This document shows positions 1 to 12,763 of a stretch of DNA of 64,000 nt, piece by piece. A program made the position numbers and the translations under genes. The DNA comes from Macrostomum lignano. Its lineage: Eukaryota. Positions within the stretch are counted from its first letter, which is position 1, and each line of letters begins with the position of its first letter. The stretch lies in the NCBI GenBank assembly GCA_002269645.1, contig NIVC01000930.1:186001-250000 (forward strand), read 5' to 3'. The notes beneath the pieces were generated by a model. The model had not been told where the DNA came from and searched no databases. It was given only the letters and a program-made list of their open reading frames with translations.

Positions 1-150
1 CACAGTGGGGCTTAACAATGAACTGAATGGTCATCCGCTGGTTAGTGGGTCATGATTGCTGTCCATAAAATCATCAAAATGGTCACCGGGATTTATCCAT
101 CAATAAAGTTGCGCCATGGGAACTACGAGCGTACCTTGGGATTACTTTAT

Positions 151-1042
151 TGGGACCTCCCTAGTCATCTAGCAGGTCATTGGGACCTCCCTAGTCATCC
201 AGCAGGTCATTGGGACCTCCCTAGTCATCTAGCAGGTCATTGGGACCTCCCTAGTCATCTGGCAGGTCATTGGGACCTCCCTAGTCATCCAGCAGGTCAT
301 TGGGGCCTCCCTAGTCATCCAGCAGGTCATTGGGACCTCCCTAGTCATCTAGCAGGTCATTGGGACCTCCCTAGTCATCTAGCAGGTCATTGGGACCTCC
401 CTAGTCATCCAGCAGGTCATTGGGACCTCCCTAGTCATCCAGCAGGTCATTGGGACCTCCCTAGTCATCCAGCAGGTCATTGGAACCTCCCTAGTCATCT
501 AGCAGGTCATTAAGACCTCCCTAGTCATCTAGCAGGTCATTGGGACCTCCCTGGTCATCTAGCAGGTCATTGGGACCTCCCTAGTCATCCAGCAGGTCAT
601 TGGGACCTCCCTAGTCATCTAGCAGGTCATTGGGACCTCCCTAGTCATCCAGCACGTCATTGAAACCTCCCTAGTCATCTGGCAGGTCATTGGGACCTCC
701 CTAGTCATCCAGCACGTCATTGAAACCTCCCTAGTCATCTGGCAGGTCATTGGGACCTCCCTAGTCATCCAGCACGTCATTGAAACCTCCCTAGTCATCT
801 AGCAGGTCATTGGGACCTCCCTGGTCATCTAGCAGGTCATTGGGACCTCCCTAGTCATCCAGCAGGTCATTGGGACCTCCCTAGTCATCTAGCAGGTCAT
901 TGGGACCTCCCTAGTCATCCAGCAGGTCATTGGGACCTCCCTAGTCGTCTGGCAGGTCATTGGGACCTCCCTAGTCATCCAGCAGGTCATTGGGACCTCC
1001 CTAGTCATCTAGCAGGTCATTGGGACCTCCCTAGTCATCCAG
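151..1042. repeat. 30-bp minisatellite (TGGGACCTCCCTAGTCATCYAGCAGGTCAT), ~30 copies, in ICA69 intron 2
   Basis: Period 30 read directly from the sequence; it explains ORF 52..513. Confidence 0.97.
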
Positions 1043-1136
1043 AGAAATTTCTAAGTTGTAGTCTTACAGACATCTATGTCTTAAACAGGTCAACAAAATT
1101 TGGTAAAACTCAATCAACTCAGACAATTAGTCGCAC

Positions 1137-1708
1137 CTGACTCAGAGCGCAAACGCTCTCCTGATATCGCTCAATAATGTGCAACAGATCGGCGCAAGAT
1201 TTCTGCACGCTACGAAACAGATCGAGCTTGGCGTCTAGCTCGGAGTCCGAGGCAACCACGTGCTCGTCCTCTGGACGGCCGAGCTTTTGCATAACAGCCT
1301 GCTTAGTTGTCCAATAGGCGCTGCGAATCTTGTGTGTTGTTGAATTGTCAGTTCGCTGCACGTAGCGGTCATAGTTGGAGCCGGAGTAGCCACTGATCAA
1401 AAGGGTTGGGTTGGGACTGCTATGTAATAACTAATAGATGAATATCTGGCATTGCAGTGACCTTGCTTAACAATCTAGGAGGCTGGTCTCAAAGAGTCTG
1501 AGAGTCTTGGAAGATGGTAGATTAATTTAAAGATCTAAAAGAATTGCAAACAAATTCAAGAGTCTTCTAGAAAGCTAGAAACTAAGTCTAAGGGACTTAG
1601 TAAAGAAACTAAGTTTGAAAGATAGCAAGTAGCCTTAGCCTAAAGACAAATTTGAGTAGAGGTATCAAATACATAGCAACTTTTCTAATATACAACCACT
1701 TACCTCAT
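1137..1708 (-). CDS. ICA1: Islet cell autoantigen 1 (ICA69, arfaptin/BAR family), 5' part; coding exons 1708-1704 and 1392-1137; gene continues past the window start
   Basis: YWTTKQAVMQKLGRPEDEHVVASDSELDAKLDLFRSVQ matches the ICA69 N-terminus. ATGAG|GTAAGT (1708-1704) joins in phase with GATCAG|TGGC (1392) to give MSGY; donor CAG|GTGCGA at 1137/1136. Confidence 0.88.
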
Positions 1709-2830
1709 TGTTGTATAATTTTAATATGAAAGAAACCAATGGAGCACTAAATTTTTAGTTAGATTCAATATATTCTGAAATCTTATTAAGAAACACTTTG
1801 CAATGTAGAAGTTGAAGTATAAAAGAGCCTATATAGTCAAAATAAATACAAACATTTTTTAAATCATACATACTAACATAGTATAAAAAATATCCTATAA
1901 TAACAACTACAAACAAATTTTAAACATTCCAAAATAACTAAAAAGATAAAATGTATCTATCTATCTAGGTAATGAGGTATGCAATTGATTTTAGTTAGAG
2001 TTATAAGTTGTAAGTTTTTACTAAAAATCAATACTTATTTTATATATTATATATTTTTTAATTTATTATAGATTATTATTGTTTTATCTTTTTTAATAAT
2101 TGTATCAATTAAAAGTCAGAAATACTAGACTTTTTGCTAAGCTTTAATTATATCAGACCATTATAAAAGCTTTTTAAATATAGTTTTTTTAATTCTTAAA
2201 TTTTTAACATGTATCTATTTTTGTTGATTGAACAAAAACTGATTATATTTTAAATTAGTTACTTATTAAATGTTTGATTAGAGTTACTTCTACTTATAGC
2301 TTAGTTATAGTTATAGTTATAGCTTAGTTAAAATTGATATTGATAAATATAACTTATGGATAAATTTCAAATATATCAATTAAGCCTATTTAAAGATTTC
2401 ATATAGAAAATCATAGACTTATTATTGATAAATTTATTTATTCAAACATGAGCAAATAGGACAATATAAAATAATTTTGATGTTATATTAGATCTTGCTA
2501 TAGATGCTATAGAAATTATGCAAAACATACACTAGAACAAAATCAACTGATTAATAACTTTATGCCAAAGTAAGCCAAAGGTTTATGCCAAATGTTTAGA
2601 TAGAGATGTGTGATAACTGTCTAAATTATTGTATTACTGAATGATAAATTCTTGACTTATAAACAGCTGGATATATTGGTTATTGCTCTATCGGTGAAAT
2701 CAAAACAGACTGTTGCATTGCAAATTGTATCTCAATGCTTTTATGACAATTGACAACAGGACTATGACTTGAGTGAGCAGAATATGAGCAACTATGAATT
2801 GAACCCTGTAATAGACTTGGTAAATTTTAA

Positions 2831-2990
2831 ACAAAGGGACCCCACGAGCGTGTTTTATAGAAATTAATAGAGAATAATCAAAGCCAAAATGATGCGATTG
2901 CGTTGCATACTATTCCAAAATGATGCACGAAAATAGAAATGTAAAAAGATGTAACTTTATGTTCGTCAACAAAATTTGAATATCCCTTGT
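2831..2990. mobile_element. Possible ~160-bp MITE flanked by TTAA
   Basis: TTAA|ACAAAGGGA ... TCCCTTGT|TTAA; the TIRs are short and imperfect. Confidence 0.4.
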
Positions 2991-4875
2991 TTAAAAAAAG
3001 AGAATGTGACAAATCTTTATGAATAGTCCTTATTTACAATAAAGAATTAGTCTAAGCTAAGCTTGGCTTTAGCTAAGTAAACTTTCGGATTTAAAAGTGC
3101 GAATTTTGTTTTCCTTCAATGCCGCGGAATTGAAAACTCATAAATGTTAAATTTGCTTAACTTTGTAAATATCGTGTGACGAATAAGGCGGGAAGACGGT
3201 TTGTGTAGCGGTTAATTGGATAGTTCACGATTTAGATTTAGCAGATCGGCAAGCCGCTTTCACCCTTAGCGTTACTTTGAATCGTTATGCCTTGCAAAGA
3301 TCCGGATTCAGTTGATTGGTGGGCGGCGGGAGAGTTGAGGCAAGGAAACCGGATAGCTAAGGGGTTCGCGAGCCTAGAGCGAGAAGCGAAGCAAAGAGGG
3401 AGCGCAGGGAGAGAGCGGCCGCTGACTGCTGCAAGTGTATATTTAATTGGTAGGTAAACAGATAACAACAACCCCTAATCAAAAAGCCAGACAAGCCACC
3501 CCACGCGCAATGTACAAGTACAAATTAATTGATAAAATGAGTTATCGTGTAAGAATATCATACGAGCGTAACGTCAATACATTTACATAGATATAACTAC
3601 TTTACGAGAAATACTAGCGATATGAATGAAATACAAATAATAAAATAAATACATACGAGGCTACAAAAAACAAAACATTTAACAGTAACGTAAGCGCAAT
3701 AATAATACGTATACGATAATAATTGTTAAAATCATCATTTTTTCAATAATATTAAAATTTTCACTCAGTTTCGTAAAAATCTTTTGAACCGGTTGGCCGA
3801 AAATTTGCACCAAATTAAAGAATACAAGCAGTACGGTATGAATGCGAGATAAGGAAATACGGTACGCATATACTTCTACGAACTACACTGTCACAATCGG
3901 TTCCCATTTTCGCCAATAGCCAACTGTAACTGCACATTGATTTGAGCAATATTGGACCTGCTTTTGTAATGTGAACCGGCCTTTAATGGCCAAATGGTAA
4001 GGACCAGCCTTTAATCATGATTTCAAAATAATTCTTTGTAAGGAAAAAAACACGGTACGCTTTTCGACAACATTGAAAACGGTATTTGTATTTAGCTCAA
4101 GACTGAAAGATTCAGTTAAACGATTCTTTCAATACCTTCTGAAAAGCGAGGATAATTTCGTCGTAAAAATATTTTGTTGGTGTTTGAAACAAAAACGCAC
4201 CAGTACATGTACAACAGCAATAAGTACAATAAAGAAACCGGTTAAAACTCTGCACAGATAATTACATGCACCTAGCATGTAATAGAAAAACAATCAAACA
4301 GCCATATCGAGTGAAATCAAAATCTAATATAAAGGGCACAAGATTTGCTTTGTAAGCAATCGTTGAGAGAGAAGAGAGAATAGAAAAGCATGCAGATAAT
4401 ACCATTCATTTTTCAGAATTATCAAAGCTGTATCAGTCAGCTGCCACTCGACAGTGTGATGGGTATAAAATATTCATAAATTACAGACGGAGGTAAAGGT
4501 AAATATCAAAGATTAAAAAATAATGATGTACAGTCATATCTTGTTTTTTTTCTTCAAAAACAGCATTAGCAACAGCAAAAGCAATTAAATTTACTTTTCA
4601 AGCGATCGATTAGATACCTTGAACTGCCCGTATGGATTTAAAATAATATCCATTTATTTCCATTTATTTCTGAAGCCTCTCATTAGCTAAATGTATAGCC
4701 TCACTATGTTTTAATCCCATAACAATTCTGGAAAATCCAAAGAATTAAAAAATTCTTAATTCTTATAAGAGTTCTAAAAGCTTCTAAAACAGTATCAATG
4801 TAATATTAGTTTGAAAACATAGCTAGTTTTATAATTATCAATGAAACAGTTGTCACACTACACAGCGCAGCTGAA

Positions 4876-7800
4876 TCAGTAGACAGAATAGGGCGAGACC
4901 AGCTGCGCTAATCGCTTGTTGGTGTGCGAAAATATTGGACTAGCCGAGACGCGCAGGAATCTCGACCGGCTGTATTTGTCGCGGGCGCCGTGCAGCGTTG
5001 CCGTGCCGTTGCTAAGGGCAACTAGCAATCCGGCGTAGGCGGCAACGCAGGGCCGCAGCTCGGACTCTGAGCAGCGGCTGTAGTGCTGCAGGGTGGCATT
5101 CCAGGCCGGCAGGTCACGGAACATCAGGTGTCGGCTGAGCCAGATGCAAGCGGCAGCTTTTCTGGGCACAGTGCATAGGAAAGTACATGTACTATTAATA
5201 GCGGCTACTGCCACTGCTACTGCCATACTGCCAAAACTAATTAATGAGTGATAAGGCTGCTTGGCACAATGGTTACTCATTGTCTATTAAAATCCTAAAA
5301 TAATCGTACTAGCTCGTAGTGATCAACTGATAGACAAAGTACAGTCACCCGATAGACAAAGGATCAGTCAGTCACCCGATAGACAAAGGATCAGTCAGTC
5401 ACCCGATAGACAAAGGAGCAGTCAGTCACCCGATAGACAAAGGAGCAGTCAGTCACCCGATAGACAAAGGAGCAGTCAGTCACCCGATAGACAAAGGATC
5501 AGTCAGTCACCCGATAGACAAAGGAGCAGTCAGTCACCCGATAGACAAAGGAGCAGTCAGTCACCCGATAGACAAAGGATCAGTCAGTCACCCGATAGAC
5601 AAAGGATCAGTCAGTCACCCGATAGACAAAGGATCAGTCAGTCACCCGATAGACAAAGGATCAGTCAGTCACCCGATAGACAAAGGATCAGTCAGTCACC
5701 CGATAGACAAAGGATCAGTCAGTCACCCGATAGACAAAGGATCAGTCAGTCACCCGATAGACAAAGGAGCAGTCAGTCACCCGATAGACCAAGGAGCAGT
5801 CAGTCACCCGATAGACAAAGGATCAGTCAGTCACCCGATAGACAAAGGAGCAGTCAGTCACCCGATAGACCAAGGAGCAGTCAGTCACCCGATAGACAAA
5901 GGATCAGTCAGTCACCCGATAGACCAAGGAGCAGTCAGTCACCCGATAGACAAAGGATCAGTCAGTCACCCGATAGACAAAGGATCAGTCAGTCACCCGA
6001 TAGACAAAGGATCAGTCAGTCACCCGATAGACCAAGGATCAGTCAGTCACCCGATAGACAAAGGAGCAGTCAGTCACCCGATAGACAAAGGATCAGTCAG
6101 TCACCCGATAGACAAAGGAGCAGTCAGTCACCCGATAGACAAAGGAGCAGTCAGTCACCCGATAGACAAAGGAGCAGTCAGTCACCCGATAGACAAAGGA
6201 TCAGTCAGTCACCCGATAGACAAAGGAGCAGTCAGTCACCCGATAGACAAAGGATCAGTCAGTCACCCGATAGACAAAGGATCAGTCAGTCACCCGATAG
6301 ACCAAGGAGCAGTCAGTCACCCGATAGACAAAGGAGCAGTCAGTCACCCGATAGACAAAGGAGCAGTCAGTCACCCGATAGACAAAGGATCAGTCAGTCA
6401 CCCGATAGACAAAGGATCAGTCAGTCACCCGATAGACAAAGGATCAGTCAGTCACCCGATAGACAAAGGATCAGTCAGTCACCCGATAGACAAAGGATCA
6501 GTCAGTCACCCGATAGACAAAGGATCAGTCAGTCACCCGATAGACAAAGGATCAGTCAGTCACCCGATAGACAAAGGAGCAGTCAGTCACCCGATAGACC
6601 AAGGAGCAGTCAGTCACCCGATAGACAAAGGATCAGTCAGTCACCCGATAGACAAAGGAGCAGTCAGTCACCCGATAGACCAAGGAGCAGTCAGTCACCC
6701 GATAGACAAAGGATCAGTCAGTCACCCGATAGACCAAGGAGCAGTCAGTCACCCGATAGACAAAGGATCAGTCAGTCACCCGATAGACAAAGGATCAGTC
6801 AGTCACCCGATAGACAAAGGATCAGTCAGTCACCCGATAGACCAAGGATCAGTCAGTCACCCGATAGACAAAGGAGCAGTCAGTCACCCGATAGACAAAG
6901 GATCAGTCAGTCACCCGATAGACAAAGGAGCAGTCAGTCACCCGATAGACAAAGGAGCAGTCAGTCACCCGATAGACAAAGGAGCAGTCAGTCACCCGAT
7001 AGACAAAGGATCAGTCAGTCACCCGATAGACAAAGGAGCAGTCAGTCACCCGATAGACAAAGGATCAGTCAGTCACCCGATAGACAAAGGATCAGTCAGT
7101 CACCCGATAGACCAAGGAGCAGTCAGTCACCCGATAGACAAAGGAGCAGTCAGTCACCCGATAGACAAAGGATCAGTCAGTCACCCGATAGACAAAGGAG
7201 CAGTCAGTCACCCGATAGACAAAGGATCAGTCAGTCACCCGATAGACAAAGGAGCAGTCAGTCACCCGATAGACAAAGGATCAGTCAGTCACCCGATAGA
7301 CCAAGGAGCAGTCAGTCACCCGATAGACCAAGGATCAGTCAGTCACCCGATAGACAAAGGAGCAGTCAGTCACCCGATAGACAAAGGAGCAGTCAGTCAC
7401 CCGATAGACAAAGGAGCAGTCAGTCACCCGATAGACCAAGGATCAGTCAGTCACCCGATAGACGAAGACCCAGTAAACCGACAGGCAAGTAAAGCCTGGC
7501 ACACGGAAGGACACACCTGGACGCAGGCTGGTGCGCCAAGTCGAGGTCCAGTAGGCCTAAATCGGCGATGTAGGCGCAGCAGACCCTGTGGAGGCTCAAC
7601 TTGCCGTCTCCGTGCTGCTGATCGCGCAGGTCGCAGGCGGACGCTTCCAATAGGCGAGCCAGGAACTGCGTGACAGTTGGCGAATGCAGCCGGAACTCCA
7701 GCGCCTCAAGCACGGAAAGTTCCATGCGCAGAAATTCCTTATTAGTGTAGGCATTGTCTGTTAAATAGACAAGCTTGGATACTTTTGGCGGAAATCTTTC

Positions 7801-10313
7801 CACAACTTTGCAAGCAATGAAAAAGCAGACAGAAGCAACCAGCTGGTAGAGCCGTTCGGAGAATGGCAGCCTGAGGCAGGCGTGGTCGGCTAAAGCGACG
7901 CCAAGGTGTAGCGAATCGGTGCTGCATCGTTCGTGAACCTGCACCTGCAGGCGAGAATAGCATGCATCTTATAAGACTACAAAGACTTATTAACCGTAAT
8001 GTAACATCTCATTTTTAATATTGATATATAGAATAATAGAGCATTTCACAAGGCTTTCTTTAACAAGACACTCTCAAACACGCTTCACAGATCACTCTGC
8101 ACAGATCACTCTGCACAAATCACTCTTCACAAATCACTCTTCCTAAATCAATCTGCACAAATCACTCTTCACAAATCACTCTGCACAAATCACTCTTCCT
8201 AAATCAATCTGCACAAATCACACTGCACAAATCACTCTGCACAAATCACTCTTCACATATCACTCTTCACATATCACTCTGCACAAATCACTCTTCACAA
8301 ATCACTCTACACAAATCACACTGTACAAATCACTCTTCACATATCACACTGCACAAATCACACTGCACAAATCACTCTGCACAAATCACTCTTCACATAT
8401 CACTCTTCACATATCACTCTGCACAAATCACTCTGCACAAATCACTCTTCACAAATCACTCTGCACAAATCACTCTGCACAAATCACTCTTCCTAAATCA
8501 CTCTGCACAAATCACTCTGCACAAATCACTCTTCACATATCACTCTTCACATATCACTCTGCACAAATCACTCTTCACAAATCACTCTGCACAAATCACT
8601 CTGCACAAATCACTCTGCACAAATCACTCTTCCTAAATCACTCTGCACAAATCACTCTGCACAAATCACTCTGCACAAATCACTCTTCACAAATCACTCT
8701 GCACAAATCACTCCGCACAAATCACTCTTAAGAAATCACTCTTCACAAATCACTCTGCACAAATCACTGCACAAATCACTCTTCACAAATAACTCTTCAC
8801 AAATCACTCTTCACTCTTCACAAATCACTCTGCACAAATCACTCTGCACAAATCACTCTGCACAAATCACTCTTCACATATCACTCTGCACAAATCACTC
8901 TTCACAAATCACTCTGCACAAATCACTCTGCACAAATCACTCTGCACAAATCACTCTTCACATATCACTCTGCACAAATCAATCTGCACAAATCACTCTT
9001 CACATATCACTCTGCACAAATCAATCTGCACAAATCACTCTTCACATATCACTCTGCACAAATCACTCACCAAAAATCACTCACCAAAAATCACTGCACT
9101 CAAAACGAACACGAATCACTCCGGAAAAAGCACTCTTCACAAATCACTCATTCACTCAATACAGGCAGCTTTTACAGTGTAAAAACTTTATATATAAGCT
9201 TACAAGTACCTGCAACAGCCAGTCGTTAATGACGCCACGAAATTCGCACTTTCCGGATCCAATTAGCACAGAAAATCCCAGCGGAAGTCGGTAGGAAGCC
9301 TCGCTTTCAAAAAGTTGGTCCATCACTTCCGGCCAGTAGGGCTGCGACACCTTGCAGCTATAGAACGGATTGGAGCGGCATGTCACGAATAGAAAAAGTA
9401 CAGCCTAAGATTAAAAAGCACAACAACAACAGGCGCTGTGAGCTGGACGTACGGTTTCAGGAGCACACTAAAACATCAGGAGGTGCTGGGGTGTCAGGAG
9501 CACACTAAAACATCTGAAGGTGCTGGGGTGTCAGGAGCACACTAAAACATCTGGAGGTGCTGGGGTGTCAGGAGCACACTAAAACATCTGGAGGTGCTGG
9601 GGTGTTAGGAGCACACTAAAACATCTGGAGGTGCTGGGGTGTCAGGAGCACACTAAAACATCTGAAGGTGCTGGGGTGTCAGGAGCACACTAAAACATCT
9701 GGAGGTGCTGGGGTGTCAGGAGCACACTAAAACATCTGGAGGTGCTGGGGTTTCAGGAGCACACTAAAACATCTGAAGGTGCTGGGGTGTCAGGAGCACA
9801 CTAAAACATCTGGAGGTGCTGGGGTGTCAGGAGCACACTAAAACATCTGGAGGTGCTGGGGTGTTAGGAGCACACTAAAACATCTGGAGGTGCTGGGGTG
9901 TTAGGAGCACACTAAAACATCAGGCATTGGGGTGTTAGGAGCACACTAAAACATTATGTATTGGGGTGTCAGGAGCACATTAAAACATCAGGCATTGGGG
10001 TGTCAGGAGCACATAAAAACACTAAGTGTTGGAGCTTGAGTAGGGCATAGTCAATAAATCATCAGGACCGTGTCACTTACTTGTTAGCGTCAATATCCTT
10101 AGCTTCCGCCGCAACCGCTGCTGCAGCCGCAGCCGCTGCTGCTCTAAGCGCCAACTGCAAGCTGGACCGGCTGCTGCTCGCCGCGCTGCATTTCGACTTG
10201 GCCTTGGTTACCCTACTGCCGTTGCTACTGGCAACCGAAGCGCGAGAATTGGCGCCTGCCATTGGGCCTCCGCCGCAGGCTGCGCTACTGTTCTCTTTGT
10301 CAATGAGAACCAT
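4876..10313 (-). CDS. Divergent A/B-type (mitotic-like) cyclin, ~364 aa; exons 10313-10081, 9357-9210, 7944-7517, 5161-4876
   Basis: Cyclin box FRGVINDWLLQ|VQVHERCSTDSLHLGVAL ... ACKVVERFPP ... YTNKEFLRMELSVLEALEFRL; C-terminal fold ASR|KAAACIWLS; N-terminal DKEN (KEN box) and RSSL. All three introns are GT-AG and phase-consistent (233+148+428+286=1095 nt). An alternative start at 10346 is possible. Confidence 0.9.
5341..7460. repeat. 27-bp minisatellite (CAGTCAGTCACCCGATAGACMAAGGAK), ~78 copies, cyclin intron 3
   Basis: Period 27 with two variable positions; 810-bp higher-order duplication. Confidence 0.98.
8085..9155. repeat. 14-bp minisatellite (AAATCACTCTGCAC/TTCAC), cyclin intron 2
   Basis: Direct reading; degenerate ends. 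Confidence 0.96.
9457..10020. repeat. 37-bp minisatellite (TGTCAGGAGCACACTAAAACATCTGGAGGTGCTGGGG), ~15 copies, cyclin intron 1
   Basis: Unit starts at 9492 and 9529 give period 37. Confidence 0.96.
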
Positions 10314-10394
10314 CTTGTTCGAGCGAGCATTGTGTCTTGTAAGCATGCTAAATTCAAATTTAAATTAAATTAATTTCACTGCTTGTTGCGCCGC

Positions 10395-10690
10395 TGCGGT
10401 TCAAATCAGTCTTCAAGGAATCAAGTTAGAGCATATAAGATGTTTCGTTTCTCTCTCTCTCCCAGTTTGCGACTTTCAATTTTGGCAATTAAATTACACT
10501 CTATATAGAGGCGTATTGCCCTAAAACTACACGGTTCAATTATTGGAGAAACCCTATTAGCTCTACCCCGCCCGCGCTCACACTCAGGTCTTGGAAGGGG
10601 GACGAGATTGAGATTGAGTGTACATTGCTGTCTGCCTAGCCAGTTTCACTCGCCAACCCCAACCCCCATAAAACCAATTCAGCCAATCAG
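10395..10690 (-). promoter_or_regulatory. Putative cell-cycle promoter of the cyclin: CHR-like TTCAAA (10400-10405) next to a GC-rich stretch, plus two CCAAT boxes (10674, 10683)
   Basis: Motif match to the CHR plus CCAAT architecture known from vertebrate G2/M genes. The motifs are short and the TSS is unknown. Confidence 0.3.
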
Positions 10691-11729
10691 CGACAAGGGG
10701 GAATTTTATTACCAAACCCTGCTGATAGACGAGGAAAAACTGAATGTACACTGTGCCGTGTACATATCCCCCCGAGAAGAATTCTAGCATGTACATAGCG
10801 TAGGTTATTTAACCAACACCAAGGGGTAGAAGCTTTTTAGTGAAACTCTCCCCAAGCCCCTAAACTCCAAACTTATCTGATGGATTATTTATTTTACTTG
10901 TATTGACTTTGTCGTGGTAGTTAAGTCCTACTGAAGTCATTTAATGACAAATTCATGTATGAAAAAAAACAAAAAACGAACGGATTAATGATGATTTGTG
11001 TTCCTTGTTTTTCCTCAGAAAGGTACAGTTTTACTGTTAATATTGAGTCAGCTAAGCAAAGCATTATAATAATTATATTAAGATTTCGTTTGACAAAACG
11101 CGTTGCAATAAAATAATGAAATGTAAATATTGCAAGCTTAGTGAATGGTCATTGGTTTACTGTTATAGTAATAGTATTTACAAAAATGTAAAGCACAAGC
11201 ATATAAATCAGATGCATTGCTAAGCTAAACAAATACACAGATTGTTGATCCGTTCATAAGCAAAGGCGGATAACAATTAACAAAAATCTTTAAATTCGAG
11301 CCAGTTGAATTGGTCAGTATGTAGTGACATTTAAAATACAAATGTAAATTTAAGCTACGCTTGTAAAATGACTTAATGAGATTATTAATAATTTTTGTGT
11401 AGCATCAGAACAATTTATAATTAACGCAGGTAAAGAAAACAAGTAATCGACTAATTTTTCTGGCCCTACACACTGTGTCTACTACAAGTAGCACGAAATA
11501 CACAAAATTACAGTGGAAAGTTGTAAAAACAATATAATGTATTCGGAAAACAGAGTCAACACTATTTATGCTGTCCGACGGTAAACACAATTTAGCAAAA
11601 AGCAAATTTTGCAAAAATTTGAGAAAAATCATCAACTCCAGCTAATGGTTCATGCAGAAAAAAGTGTAATTATTAAATAAAAATTATTGACATTTTAATT
11701 GACTACTTACTTATGAAGTAGATGCGATT

Positions 11730-12725
11730 TTCTAGGCTGGGGATCTAAAGGGGTGGGAGATTCTCTAGGCTGGGGATGTACAGGGATGGGAGATTCTCTA
11801 GGCTGGGGATGTACAGGGATGAGAGATTCTTTAGGCTGGGGATCTAAAGGAGTGGGAGATACTCTAGGCTGGGGATCTAAAGGGATGGGAGATTCTCTAG
11901 GCTGGGGATCTATAGGGATGGGAGATACTCTAGGCTGGGGATGTACAGGGATGGGAGATTCTCTAGGCTGGGGATCTATAGGGATGGGAGATTCTCTAGG
12001 CTGGGGATCTATAGGGATGGGAGATTCTCTAGGCTGGGGATGTACAGGGATGGGAGATTCTCTAGGCTGGGGATCTATAGGGATGGGAGATTCTCTAGGC
12101 TGGGGATGTTCAGGGATGGGAGATTCTCTAGGCTGGGGATGTTCAGGGATGGGAGATTCTCTAGGCTGGGGATCTATAGGGATGGGAGATTCTCTAGGCT
12201 GGGGATCTAAAGGAGTGGGAGATACTCTAGGCTGGGGATCTATAGGGGTGGGAGATTCTCTAGGCTGGGGATCTATAGGGGTGGGAGATTCTCTAGGCTG
12301 GGGATGTTCAGGGATGGGAGATTCTCTAGGCTGGGGATGTTCAGGGATGGGAGATTCTCTAGGCTGGGGATGTACAGGGATGGGAGATTCTCTAGGCTGG
12401 GGATCTATAGGGATGGGAGATTCTCTAGGCTGGGGATGTTCAGGGATGGGAGATTCTCTAGGCTGGGGATGTTCAGGGATGGGAGATTCTCTAGGCTGGG
12501 GATCTATAGGGATGGGAGATTCTCTAGGCTGGGGATCTAAAGGAGTGGGAGATACTCTAGGCTGGGGATCTATAGGGGTGGGAGATTCTCTAGGCTGGGG
12601 ATCTATAGGGGTGGGAGATTCTCTAGGCTGGGGATGTTCAGGGATGGGAGATTCTCTAGGCTGGGGATGTTCAGGGATGGGAGATTCTCTAGGCTGGGGA
12701 TGTACAGGGATGGGAGATTCCTTGG
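11730..12725. repeat. 33-bp G-rich minisatellite, ~30 copies, starting ~40 bp after the RING1 stop codon
   Basis: Unit GGCTGGGGATCTATAGGGATGGGAGATTCTCTA; 330-bp internal duplication (12211 vs 12541). Confidence 0.97.
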
Positions 12726-12763
12726 GAGATGTTTGGTTTGACAATTCTAAAACAACCTGTCAT

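Noticed and set aside
52-513. 153-aa ORF of PSHLAGHWDL repeats
   Set aside because: Translation of a 30-bp intronic minisatellite, antisense to ICA69; the array acquires stops further on.
3238-3471. GC-rich ORF or possible structured RNA
   Set aside because: No recognisable protein or RNA motif; could be a promoter or LTR fragment but cannot be supported.
5341-7460. CRISPR-like array, or amplification of the real cyclin splice donor
   Set aside because: No unique spacers. The phase-consistent donor is at 7517/7516, ~55 bp outside the array.
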